Part shown: piece by piece, positions 25,628-37,929 of the stretch
How positions within the stretch are numbered: the first letter of the stretch is position 1
How the letters are laid out: each line of letters starts with the position of its first letter
Source: Macrostomum hystrix
Taxonomy: Eukaryota; Animalia; Platyhelminthes
Length of the DNA stretch: 64,000 nt
Assembly (NCBI GenBank): GCA_950097015.1
Contig: CATNEN010000038.1
Coordinates: 3,038,001 to 3,102,000 of the forward strand
Direction: 5' to 3'
The notes under the pieces: generated by a model
Told to the model about the DNA's origin: nothing
Databases searched by the model: none
What the model saw: the letters and a program-made list of their open reading frames with translations, nothing else
Position numbers and translations under genes: made by a program

Positions 25628-25916
25628 AATAATAATAATTGATTACAGCTGCCCCGATTCGGCCAGATGTGCGACAGCACAGCCGCAGCTATTGCGCGGC
25701 GCATTTGAATGCTGCGTAACGCTGTTCAGTCTATGGACTGGAGACACCACGACCACCCTCAAATAACCCAACAGGTCCCCATTTAACAGCTGGGTGAACT
25801 GAAGCAATGCAGAGTTAAGTATCTTGCTAAAGGCACAAATCGTTCCAGCGGAGTCAGGAATCGAACAACCGTCCTTTAATTCGAGAGTCCGACACCCTAA
25901 CCACTAAGGCTACACC
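25628..25916 (-). mobile_element. tRNA-derived SINE (family B) with CORE/MIR-like central domain
   Basis: Minus strand: A-box TAGCCTTAGTGG, B-box GTTCGATTCC, then tgtgcctttagcaagatacttaactctgcattgcttcagttcacccagctgttaaatgggg (resembles the MIR CORE), (ATT)n tail. The 3' part recurs at 37720-37800. Confidence 0.75.
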
Positions 25917-27757
25917 AACCCCTTTTGGTGCATAAAAGTCCATACATCCTGATGTGAAAAGTGAATGTTATTTCGTTTTAGTTTTGCTTTTTATGTTTTT
26001 TAATTAAACATTTTACTATAGCTCCAACACAAATATTTAAATATTAAAACAACTGCAAACAAATATTTAATGAGCTTTGAATGAAATACTTTATCCATTA
26101 AATAAAAATCAAGTACAAGCTTATGAAATGAGATATATAGTTCTCATTTTTGTATAATTGAAAGCATAAACTCATGCACATGTGCTTGGCTCAGTAATTA
26201 AATAAGCTGATTGCTTTGTTTATATACATATTTCGAATTAAATCTTGCAATTATCTTCTCTTATTCTCTTTTTGTTTGCTAAATAGTCGTTTTAAGAAAT
26301 GCATAAATGCTTCTATAAATCTACGACAAAATTAAAATAGTTGCATTGCGCATGGACATGGTCCCAGGAAAATTTGGTTTCAATTGGTCCACGTTTCAAC
26401 ATGAGTGGACAGTTAGTCTAGGAGGAGATGTGAATTATACAGACAGACAGACAGACACTGATTTAGTAATACAGATTCTTTTAATAGTATGTTAGCATAT
26501 TACTGATATCATAATTTATAATAGTCTGTCAGAATTGTATCTCTAGGTATCAAAAGGTATGCACGATATCTATATGCAAGGTATCGTTCTTTGAGCTAAG
26601 AATTTTATTTTAAAGTAAGTAAATAAGGAAAAGTAATAAAGGAAATAGAATTATTTTTATATAGTCTTACAAATTGTGGGCCGAAACTGTAAAATTCAAT
26701 CCATTTGGACAAAAGGGTTGTAATTTCTTTAGAATTTGAAAAGTTACAGTTGCTACAATAAATATTTCTTGCCATTCACCATGGCTTTTGCAGAAATTCA
26801 GTACAGCAAAATAAAAATACCTAGATATTTTTTAACAAATAACTTGTTTACTTACGTCAGTTATCAAACCTATTTTGTTATACTATATTAATATGTAGAC
26901 AATATGTAATGCCGTCAGCAGTATAGCGAGTTTGAGTTCTACACATGCAAAAATCATTAAGTGCACGCTTGGCTGTAGTTTGAGTTATTAGGCACATTTT
27001 TAACAGTAGAGAACTAGACTATAATAAGTACAATATTTATTTTTTATTCTGTCAAAATTAAATATGAGATTTACCCTAATAGATCAAACATTAAGTAATC
27101 CGATAATCATATCCGATACTCGACAAAACTATAATTTTGTCCTCGTAGTTTAGTAGATATAGCTTAGTGATAGAATACTAGCTTTTCTGCCGTAATTAAT
27201 AGTATTTTGTTGTGTTATACTGAGTTACTTTGTCAATTTGTTTATTCGAGGATTATTTATAAATGGTTTTGTTGCTTACATGAACACCTATTTCGAGCCA
27301 TAATATGTTATAATTTTAGAACTAAATGTAGGAAAGGATTGAACTACTATTTCTCGCGGCAAAATTTCTAGGTTTTTTAACAAGATAATTTCTTTTTTAT
27401 TTTTACTATATTTTAACAATATAAAGTTAAAAGTAAAGATAGTAGCGCCTTCTGGGTAGATCGAGATGGGGGAAAAGTACGAAATTTTATAATTTTTGCC
27501 ATTAGCGATGAGCTGAGCAGATGAGCGAAGGGCGATTGGCGTTGAGAAAAAATAGGAATACAATCACGGTGCTTTGCGACGCAAAGAATATATATATAAT
27601 TTATCAGTCTAATCTAATTTAGAATATTATACTCTTCGTTTAGCTTTTGTATCTTTTAAGGAGATAAAAACAAAAACAAAACAAAATTATACCAAGCGAT
27701 CGATTGCCTGGTTTTGTAAAGGATGATTGAAATCAGGATCGCTGGCAGTCAACATAA

Positions 27758-30700
27758 TTAACGTCGCCCTGCTGATCGGCTGTTTGATCCACTGACGCCA
27801 CTTAAACTGTTTTCAGCGAGTCTCAACGGTCTCCAGGCAGGCGAATGAAGACTGACGCTGTCGGTTCTGGCATCGTATCTAGCCAGAAGCGCTGTGCTCT
27901 CCGACATCATCGCCTCATCGTAGGATGGCGGCGCGTCGACTATTCCGTTTCCGCCGACGCCGCCCCCTGAATTGTACGATGGTGGCGGTGGCAGCGTCGA
28001 CTGCGACGAAGACGTCTGACTGCCGCCCACAGTCAGGTAGTCGTATGGCGTCACACTGCGACTCGATCTGGCCTCCTGGCGCTCCTTGTACTTGGTGCGA
28101 CACCAGGTCAGGCTGCTCTGGATCGTGTAGTACATCAGCACGAATAGGGACACGACCAGAAGGAACTGCAGCGGAAGGAATTGTAAATTTTAGTGGTCTA
28201 TAATGGGCTGATTGATCAGGTAGTCTGTGGACTGATTGATCAGGTAGTCTGTGGACTGATTGATCAGGTAGTCTGTGGACTGATTGATCAGGTAGTCTGT
28301 GGACTGATTGATCAGGTAGTCTGTGGACTGATTGATCAGGTAGTCTGTGGACTGATTGATCAGGTAGTCTGTGGACTGATTGATCAGGTAGTCTGTGGAC
28401 TGATTGATCAGGTAGTCTATCTTGTCCTTACATTGAAGATTAGCGGCAGTCTCCGCAGCCATCCCACCAGCTTGCCAACAGTGGAACTGCCAAACGGCGC
28501 GCCGCTCACGCCGCCGTCAGCAGTGAAGATCGGAGCGCTCTTCGGACAAGGATGCGCGGATGTTGGGGCGGCAACGCGGCCTGTGACAATGTCCCTGACC
28601 TGTCTGGAATGCAGTCAACACAGTCCATGAGTTAACACAACTCAGCAGGTGTATGTATCTCACCTGAGTCAGTGAACTCACCTGATTCTGGCCGCGTAGT
28701 CAGCCGGACTGATGGCCGTGGCGATGAGGGTGAGTCTCCAGCTCTGGATGATTCCCGGCCGGTCCGAGGTGTTGTTCACTGCCAGCTTCCATTCGCCGCG
28801 CGGCGACTCGCCCCAGCAGCGGATGGTGGCGAAAGTCCAGCTGAGTCCGGCCGTCGACCTGGTAGAATCGAGTTGAGATAGATTGAGATGAATAAATATC
28901 TAAATGAGTCAAAGCTGGATAGAGTTGGATAGAGTTGGATAGAGTTGGATAGAGCTGGATAGAGTTGGATAGAGTTTGATAGAGTGGGATAGAGTTGGAT
29001 AGAGCTGGATAGAGTTGGATAGAGTTTGATAGAGTGGGATAGAGTTGGATAAAGCTGGATAGAGCTGGATAGAGTTGGATAGAGTTTGATAGAGTGGGAT
29101 AGAGTTGCATAGAGTTTGATAGAGTGGGATAGAGTTGGATAAAGCTGGATAGAGTTGGATAAAGCTGGATAGAGCTGGATAGAGTTGGATAGAGTTTGAT
29201 AGAGTGGGATAGAGTTGGATAGAGCTGGATAGAGTTGGATAGAGTTGGATAGAGTGGGATAGAGTTGGATAGAGTTGCATAGAGTTTGATAGAGTGGGAT
29301 AGAGTTGGATAAAGCTGGATAGAGTTGGATAAAGCTGGATAGAGTTGGATAGAGCTGGATAGAGCTGTATAGCGCTGGATAAAGCTGGATAGAGTTGGAT
29401 AGAGTTAGATAAAGTCGGCTAGAGTTGAATAGACTTGGAAAGAGTTGAATAGAGTTAAATAGAGTTGAATAGAGTCGGGTAGAGTTGGGTAGAGTTGGAT
29501 ATGGGTGAACAGACGTTGCATTTCGTATACAGATTTTTTCATTTTGTTTCAAAAGACAGCCCTTAGAAATCGGGCGCCCAACCAACTCACTTATCGAAGG
29601 GTCTCATCGAGCCCAGCACAGAGTGAGTACCCGATGGCGAGTACAGGCTGATGATGAGCTGGCCCCTTGCCGGGTGCTCAATGCTCACGAACACCTTCAC
29701 GTGTTCCAGAATCATTGGACTGGAGTCCCTAGCAGAGCCGGTGTTGTCGTAATACAAGTAGACAGTCTGCTTTGGTGGTAGCTTACTGAACTCCAGCATC
29801 GTCTCCGAGTTGGTGTACACCGCCGGCGGTACCGACTGCCACGTCTGAGACGGATGGTTGTAAATGCATGTTAGAGCAGGTGTTGGACATGTATTGCATG
29901 CAATGTGCTGAGCTGTGTCACCAGAATTAGACACCTGTCACCTGTTAGACACCTGTCACCTGTTAGACATAGCTTTTTTCTGTAAATGTGGAATCGAACT
30001 ACCTGTTAAATACTGTCTGAATACATGCTAATCTCAAGGACCGCTAGGAGACCACAGGTGACAGGTGCCTAACAGGTGACAGGTGCCTAACAGGTGACAG
30101 GTGTCTAACAGATGACAGGTGTCTAACAGATGACAGGTGTCTAGGAGATGACAGGTGCCTAACAGGTGACAGGTGTCTAACAGATGACAGGTGTCTAAGA
30201 GATGACAGGTGCCTAACAGGTGACAGGTGTCTAACAGATGACAGGTGTCTAGGAGATGACAGGTGTCTAGGAGATGACAGGTGTCTAGGAGATGACAGGT
30301 GTCTAGGAGATGACAGGTGTCTAGGAGATGACAGGTGTCTAGGAGATGACAGGTGTCTAGGAGATGACAGGTGTCTAGGAGATGACAGGTGTCTAAGAGA
30401 TGACAGGTGTCTAGAGGAGATGACAGGTGTCTAGGAGATGACAGGTGTCTAGAAGATGACAGGTGTCTAGGAGATGACAGGTGTCTAGGAGATGACAGAT
30501 GTCTAGAAGAGATGACAGGTGTCTAGGAGATGACAGGTGTCTAAGAGATGACATTTGTGTGCTCGCAGTTGCCTTCCTTCTACTTCTAGTGGTCATTGGT
30601 TAAATTTTTTTTCACCTGTTAGACACAGGTGTAACCGATGATCTCACCTTAGCCACCTGAGCCATGCGCCAGGCAGTGAGCATGCCGAAACCGTGCTTGT

Positions 30701-33700
30701 GACTGTGGAACAGGCCGGCCGCGTTTCTCGTGTAGTGCCCGATCTGACGATCGACCTGCGGCGCGGATTTAAACCAAAGACCGATTTCTAAGAATCACTA
30801 TTTTAAATAATCGAGTAACCGAATGATTCAAATATAACACAAAATTGAGCCGAATGTCAGATCACATTTGAAATGTCAAATGTCAAATGTCAAATGCCTC
30901 TTGAAAAAAACTTCAAGAGAGTTCAATCATGCAAATCGAATGCTAATGAAATATTAAACAATCTTACAAGCAACGAGAAAAAAATAAAAAAAACCTACTG
31001 GAAAGTGCACTTTAAGAAGTCAAAATGTTTTGGAATCTCATTGGTTTCCATGAGCAAAAGGATTTCCTCGAAGAGGGATTTCTACGGCGCGTAATGTAGT
31101 GTGTGGCAATGTACGGCTCGTACATATGCGTTCACTTCTCTGGGTGTCTAATGTACATCAACCGCTTGCATGCCTTTCTCTCTCACTTTTACACCTCGGC
31201 ACTGATTGCTATTTAACTCGTGAGTCAACAAATAAATCGCTGTAAAACTTCGTCAACTCTAAGTCGCAGTCTCTCTGCCTTAGTCCACAAGTGGTAGCAG
31301 AGCGTGGTTTTGAAGGCTGCAACGTTTTGAAGTTTGTGCCAAAGTGAACAAGTGGGACGCTTGCAAGGCTGGCTTGACTGGCAACTTTTCTAGACGGCGA
31401 GGCCCTTGTCGTCTATTTGGAACTGTCTGCAGCCGATCAGGCAGAATTTGGCAAAGTTACCGGAGCACTGGAGAATGCGTTCCACCCGGACCGAGAGCAC
31501 TTCGCCGTCATGGAGGCGTTCAAGGCGAGGAGAATTTTGGCAAGTGAGACTCCACGCATGTACCTGTACGAGCTGAAGAAACTGCTGCAGAGCTCTGCCG
31601 TGGTCGACGTGGATGCTCGAGAAGCCCTGCTGTTTCATCAGTTCATCTGCGGCCTGCCAGACTCCGTGGGCTGGCAGATTCGAGCAGACACCAACATCAA
31701 GACCTCAGTGCAAGCGCTTGAAAAGGCTCAGCTACTGATGCAGCACAATCCAGCAGCAACGCAAGCAGCTGCGGTACAGCCTCGGCAGAGCCAGTCCAGC
31801 GAAGTTCAGGAGCTGCGGGACACAATGCAGAGTCTGCAGGCCTCGGTGAGCACATGAGCACCCAGCTGGAGCAGCTGGCAGCCTGTGGAGTGAGAAGCAG
31901 CAGTACAGCAAGGCCACACCGACCGAGATCTGATATCGTCTGCTACAACTGCCACAAAACCGGCCACATCGCCAAGGACTGCTACAGCCGGCGGCAGCAG
32001 TCGGGAAACGCCAGAGGCTGGGGTGAGCGGGCCCGCCACCTCGGCCAGCAGTAACTGCGGGTTCACCAGCGCCAGCTCTAGGGCAAGCGCTCGCTGTCGG
32101 TGGGGTCTTCAGTGGATGCAGCGTTACGCCCGACCGACTTTCGCAGTGTGAGTGCAAGCTTGATGGCAGAAGTGTGAAGGCGCTTTTAGACACCGGCAGC
32201 CAGTGCTCACTGGTCGACTCCAGCATTCTGACGAAATCGCAGCTCAGCCGCGCAACTTCAGCCGGAGTGCAGCTGCACTCGATGAACAAGCAGCCAATCA
32301 GCATCGAGTGGCAGATCGAGTGGCCGCTCACAGTCGGGAAAGTGACAGCGCTGCATTTTTTCTACGTGGTGTCCGATTTGGTTTGTCCTGTCATCGTCGG
32401 TGTCGACTTCATCGGCAAGCACCGTTTGCAGCTGAACTTCAAGGCCAACCCTGCAGCTCCTGGTCGTATCTGCAGTGCAAGGTTCCAGAGTGAGACGGAC
32501 GACCCAGGTGACATCGAGGATGCTCTCGTGCCCGAGTTCAGCTGCGTAGATTTCGAGCTGCCAACCACCGATGATCCCGAAGTTCAGCGACTGCTGATGG
32601 AGTTCAAGGACGTGTTCAAGAAGAAGCCGGGACTTACGCATCTCCAGCAGCATCGAATTGTTCTCGCTGATGAGGTGCCAGTTCGTGTCCCACCGCGCCG
32701 AATGCCCGTGCACTACCGGGAGAAGGCGGAGCTGCTGATTCGGGAGCTGCTGGAGAACGACGTGATCGAACTGAGCGAGAGTCCGTACGTGGCTCTACCG
32801 GTGTACGTGACCAAGAAGGACGGCAGTCTGCGGCTGACCATCGACTTCAGAGAGCTCAACAAGAAGACGATTCGGTCGGCGCAGGGAATTCCGCTAATGG
32901 AGGAGGCACGAGATCGAATCGCGGGCAGCACGGTGTTCTCCGTGCTAATGAGCATTCTAAGAACAAGGATTTCCAAGAATATGAATTTCAAAGAAATTTT
33001 ATTTCAAAGAGTTGCGATTTCCTTAAAAATTATTTCTATATAGCAGAATTTCCGAAAGTGGGCTAACCAAGAATCCAGATTTCAAAGAATCCAGATTTCA
33101 AAGAATCCAGATTTCCAAGAATTCAGATTTCCAAGAATCCAGATTTCCAAGAATCATTATTTCAAAGAATCCCGATTTCCCAGAATCCAGATATCCTAGA
33201 ATCTTGATTTCCATGAATTTGGATTTCCAAGAATCTTAATTTTGAATAGTCAGGAATTCTACTAATCAGCATTTCATAGAAGCAAAATTTAAATTTAGAA
33301 TTTTGATTTAAATCGAGGCACCAACCTTCTCAGCCGTGAGCACTAGGATATGCTGCACGTCTCGCCAGCTCAGGCAGGGCCGCACGCTGAGCATCAGGGC
33401 GATCATACCGGCTGCGAGAGGAGCTGCGGCGCTAGTGCCGCCGTGGCTGGAGGTGCAGCCGGTTCCTCCCAGCTGGCGCCAGTCGGTGGTGACGATCCAC
33501 CGGCCTCCGCCGGAGCTGACGGTGACGCCGTGAAGGCAGGCGCACTCCTCCGCGTAGGGCGGCATAACGCCCTGCTGAGTGACAGCCCCGATGGTCACCG
33601 TGTACTCGGAGGTGGCGTAGCCGTCGAAATTGCAGTTGTCACCATAGAATCCGCCGTTGCCGCTAGCGACAACAAAAATGGAGCCGTAACCATGGCGACC

Positions 33701-34400
33701 GTTGTGGACGCCCTTGCGGAGCGCTTGCTGCCGGGTTAGGGTTTAGACATGGGTAGAGATGGCAGACTAGGGTTGGGGAATTCAGGGTCTCACCATGGGG
33801 TCAGTGGCAGAGGTCTGTTAAGGTCCCAGACCCAAGGTCCCTATGGGGAGTTTTCTATGGGGAGAATAGAAATAAAAAAAACGAAAAATACAGGAGTCAG
33901 TGGAATGGAACAATCCGGTAAGTATGCTCATCAGGGTTCTCACCTTGCCCAACACATGCGGGCCGTCAATGAAATTGCCCGTGTCCGGCGGCCCCCAGCT
34001 GGATGAGTAGATGTAGTTGCCATGGTGCTGGTAGTTGTAGGCCATGGCCTCCATGCTGTCAATCACCGTGCCATCCAGGATCTTCAGCATGGAGACCCGG
34101 GCTCCAGGAGCCACACCGACGCCGCAGTAATAGTTATTCGCCTTGGCCGCCACCTCCCCCGCGCACCGAGTCCCGTGATGGTTGGAGGCTGCGGGATAAG
34201 CGGCTGTCTGTCTGTCTGTCCTGGGTATCTGTCTGTCCTGGGTGCTGTCTGTCCTGGGTGTCTGTCTGTCCTGGGTGTCTGTCTGTCCTGGGTGTCTGTC
34301 TGTCCTGGGTGTGTCTGTCCTGGGTGTCTGTCTGTCCTGGGTGTCTGTCTGTCCTGGGTGTCTGTCTGTCCTGGGTGTCTGTCTGTCTGTCTGTCCTGGG

Positions 34401-34452
<52 letters not shown>

Positions 34453-34578
34453 CTGGGTGTCTGTCTGTCTGTCTTTCTGTCTGTCCTGGGTGTCTGTCTG
34501 CCCTGGGTGTCTGTCTGTCCTGGGTGTCTGTCTGTCTGTCTGTCTGTCCTGGGTGTCTGTCTGTCTGTCTGTCCTGGG

Positions 34579-34626
<48 letters not shown>

Positions 34627-34790
34627 CTGGGTGTCTGTCTGTCTGTCTGTCTGTCTGTCCTGGGTGTCTGTCTGCCCTGGGTGTCTGTCTGTCCTGGGTG
34701 TCTGTCTGTCTGTCTGTCTGTCCTGGGTGTCTGTCTGTCTGTCTGTCTGTCCTGGGTGTCTGTCTGTACAGGGCGTCTGTCTGTCCTGGG

Positions 34791-34834
<44 letters not shown>

Positions 34835-35844
34835 CTGGGTGTCTGTCTGTCCTGGGTGTCTGTCTGTCTGTCTGTCTGTCTCACCGGACTTGGTGCTGGG
34901 CATGGGGTCGTAGTCGTTCTCGTTGAAGTCATAGCTGCCCCTGGGATTGTAGGCGTCGGCCAGGTCAGGATTCGAGTAGTCGAGGCCGTCGTCCAGCAGG
35001 CAGACGGTGACGCCAGCTCCGTAGTTGTCCTCCTGCCAGACGCCAGTCACATTAACGTCAAACTGGCCTGCAGATGCAGCTTTCTGAAGAGAAAAGTTTC
35101 AATTAAGCCATTTGTGCTGCAAATCTGAAAGTTGCAATGAAGAAAATTTTGCACAATTGGCCGCGCACTCACAAGGTGCCACTGATCAGCAGCGAACGGA
35201 TCGTTGCAAGTCTCTAGCAGACCGCGCGGCCTTCTGGAGCGCAGAATCTCCTGACTGTACCAGGCCACCTCCGGAGCATTGTTGAACGAGTCCTCAGCCA
35301 GCTGTTTGACCTTTAGGAACTCCGGTCTGGTCAGGCGGGACTGCCGCTGGCGCAGCTGGTCCATGTTCGGCCGAGCCGAGTTGTTCTCAGATGCAATCTG
35401 CTGCTGCGGCACAAACACCAGTGAGTAGACTCCATTGAGTAGGCCGATCTGACCCCAGCTCTGCAGACCGATACGAGATGCGAGCGCATCTGCCATCGCT
35501 GCCGAGTTATTGCTGCTGCTGCTGCTGCTGCTACTGCTTGACAGGATCCTAACACTCCACATCAGCAGCTCATTCTCCAGTCTGTGATTGTCTATGGCTA
35601 TTGTGCGATTCTTCGACCCAATGCGGCGCGCTTCGATTGACATCAGCTGCTCATTCTCCAGTCTGTGATTGTCTATGGCTATTGTGCGATTCTTCGACCC
35701 AATGCGGCGCGCTTCGATTGACATCAGCTGCTCATTCTCCAGTCTGTGATTGTCTATGGCTATTGTGCGATTCTTCGACCCAATGCGGCGCGCTTCGATT
35801 GACATCAGCTGCAGCAGCAGCAGCAGCAGCAGCAGTGGTGGCAT
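27758..35844 (-). CDS. PCSK7: Proprotein convertase subtilisin/kexin type 7-like, ~878 aa; complement(join(27758..28165,28432..28603,28682..28858,29591..29844,30648..30755,33326..33727,33944..34188,34885..35083,35173..35844))
   Basis: Signal peptide, prodomain ending RSRRPR, catalytic D (LLDDG), H ([11 protein letters not shown]), oxyanion N (ASGNGG), S ([13 protein letters not shown]); PC7-like [14 protein letters not shown]; P-domain ([28 protein letters not shown]); TM segment and cytoplasmic tail. All junctions are frame-consistent. The family call is firm; the orthology call is less so. Confidence 0.88.
28207..28418. repeat. 24-bp minisatellite (ctgattgatcaggtagtctgtgga) x~9, PCSK7-like intron 8
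   Basis: Direct inspection. Confidence 0.95.
28911..29500. repeat. 10-bp minisatellite (agagttggat), PCSK7-like intron 6
   Basis: Direct inspection. Confidence 0.95.
30055..30552. repeat. 18-bp minisatellite (gacaggtgtctaggagat), PCSK7-like intron 5
   Basis: Direct inspection. A few inverted units at ~29927-29968 and ~30613-30631. Confidence 0.95.
31095..32945 (+). mobile_element. 3'-truncated, decayed Ty3/Gypsy LTR retrotransposon in PCSK7-like intron 4
   Basis: 5' LTR TGT...ACA 31095-31289 with AATAAA; PBS TGGTAGCAGAGCGTGGTTT 31292-31310 (tRNA-iMet type); gag with CCHC knuckle [14 protein letters not shown] (frameshifted); protease ALLDTGS; RT N-terminus [25 protein letters not shown], broken after AGSTVFSV. 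Confidence 0.92.
33069..33235. repeat. 16-bp degenerate minisatellite (aagaatccagatttcc)
   Basis: Direct inspection. Confidence 0.85.
34205..34880. repeat. Compound (TCTG)n / CCTGGGTG microsatellite, PCSK7-like intron 2
   Basis: Direct inspection. Confidence 0.95.
35569..35811 (-). repeat. 81-bp exact coding triplication in PCSK7-like exon 1
   Basis: Units start at 35569, 35650 and 35731; peptide [27 protein letters not shown] x3. Confidence 0.95.
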
Positions 35845-36436
35845 TGCAGATGTTTTAAATTTTCCTAAACAAGTCATTCTCGAGTCAATCGCTAACCGCA
35901 CTGGCAGCCGCACTAACAACTCGCTGACAATTGGCGTTTCGCTTCTAACTATTTTTGTCAAAGTCCCGAGCAGCTGTTGCTCAAAAAGTTTATCTGCTTT
36001 ACCCCTTACCCTTATCGATCCTTTCCAAAATTTTCCACAAATTCCCTTCCCTAGTTGGTTAAAGCATATCCAAATACCTTCTGCACGCCTGCTTTCTAAA
36101 AGCAAAAGGAAAGAGTGTGCAAAAGATTATGCACTAAAATATCCCTATTGATTCGATTTCAGAACAGAACAATGAAACTAATGTACTTGGGACTTGGGCT
36201 ACCAAATTTGCTGAACCGACATTATCTTACTTTGCAAGCGTTACAGGATTTTTTATAAACTTATTACTACTACTCAGTAGTATTAGCAATATTACTACTG
36301 AAAGTAGTTTTCATCAGTGTTCTTGTAATTCAGTAATTGCTTCAGTAAAATCAAAAGAGCACAGCACAATGAAACTGATTTTAAACTATCCATTGTGCAC
36401 GATTTTCAGTACAACAGAATCGAAACAGGTCAGCTC

Positions 36437-36788
36437 TACCTGCCTCCCTCTCACTCTCTACCTGTCTCCCTCTCACTCTCTACCTGTCTCCCTCTCACTC
36501 TCTCCCTGTCTCCCTCTCACTCTCTACCTGTCTCCCTCTCACTCTCTACCTGTCTACCTCACTCTCTACCTGTCTACCTCTCACTCTCTCCCTGTCTCCC
36601 TCTCACTCTCTACCTGTCTCCCTCTCACTCTCTACCTGTCTCCCTCTCACTCTCTCCCTGTCTCCCTCTCACTCTCTCCCTGTCTCCCTCTCACTCTCTC
36701 CCTGTCTTCCTCTCACTCTCTACCTGTCTCCCTCTCACTCTCTACCTGTCTCCCTCTCACTCTCTACCTGTCTCCCTCTCACTCTCTA
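36437..36788. repeat. 22-bp pyrimidine-rich minisatellite (tacctgtctccctctcactctc)
   Basis: Direct inspection. Confidence 0.9.
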
Positions 36789-36838
36789 CACAGAGTACAC
36801 AGACACACAATATTACATGAATGAGTACACGGACACAA

Positions 36839-37720
36839 GGATTAAGAATGGAGTGCTAAAGGATTAAGGATGGAGTGCTAAAGGATTGGGGATGGAGTGC
36901 TAAAGGATTAGGGATGGAGTGCTAAATGATTAGGGATGGAGTGATAAAGGATTGGGGATGGAGTGATAAAGGATTAGGGATGGAGTGCTAAAGGATTAGG
37001 GATGGAGTGATAAAGGATTAGGGATGGAGTGCTAAAGGATTAGGGATGGAGTGCTAAAGGATTAGGGATGGAGTGCTAAAGGATTAGGGATGGAGTGATA
37101 AAGGATTAGGGATGGAGTGCTAAAGGATTAGGGATGGAGTGCTAAAGGATTAGGGATGGAGTGATAAAGGATTAGGGATGGAGTGCTAAATGATTAAGGA
37201 TGGAGTGCTAAAGGATTGGGGATGGAGTGATAAAGGATTAGGGATGGAGTGCTAAAGGATTAGGGATGGAGTGCTAAAGGATTAGGGATGGAGTGCTAAA
37301 GGATTAGGGATGGAGTGCTAAAGGATTAGGGATGGAGTGCTAAAGGATTAGGGATGGAGTGCTAAAGGATTAGGGATGGAGTGCTAAAGGATTGGGGATG
37401 GAGTGCTAAAGGATTAGGGATGGAGTGCTAAAGGATTGGGGATGGAGTGCTAAAGGATTAGGGATGGAGTGCTAAAGGATTAGGGATGGAGTGCTAAAGA
37501 ATTAGGGATGGAGTGCTAAAGGATTGGGGATGGAGTGCTAAAGGATTAGGGATGGAGTGCTAAAGGATTAGGGATGGAGTGCTAAAGAATTAGGGATGGA
37601 GTGCTAAAGGATTAGGGATGGAGTGCTAAAGGATTAGGGATGGAGTGCTAAAGAATTAGGGATGGAGTGCTAAAGGATTAGGGATGGAGTGCTAAAGGAT
37701 TAGGGATGGAGTGGGATGGA
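36839..37720. repeat. 22-bp minisatellite (ggattagggatggagtgctaaa) x~40
   Basis: Direct inspection; most units contain one TTAGGG. Confidence 0.95.
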
Positions 37721-37929
37721 GCGCAGCCTTCAGATGCGCCGCGCAATAGCTGCGGCAGTGCTGTCGACTGCACATCTGGCCCAATTGTAATCAAATATTA
37801 TTGTTACTATTGTTCTATTGATTAAAAATCCATAAAAATGTGCTTAAATTCCAACATTGAAAGCTGCATGTCCAGTCGCGGTCGAGTAGAGCTCCGGACT
37901 GTCGCCAACAGATCAGTCATCAGTCTGAC

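Noticed and set aside
25840-25916. tRNA gene candidates at SINE heads (also 46490-46559, 59105-59180)
   Set aside because: A/B boxes are present, but they continue into repeat bodies with AT-rich tails and no clean cloverleaf; these are SINE heads.
28190-29585. INQSTDYL / [10 protein letters not shown] repeat ORFs
   Set aside because: Intronic minisatellite translations.
33818-35050. 410-aa ORF reading through PCSK7-like intron 2 (696 bp, in frame, TDRQ repeats)
   Set aside because: ACAG repeats contain no stops and the length is divisible by 3 with 1-in-3 chance. Canonical splice sites flank it, and retention would split the catalytic Asp and His.
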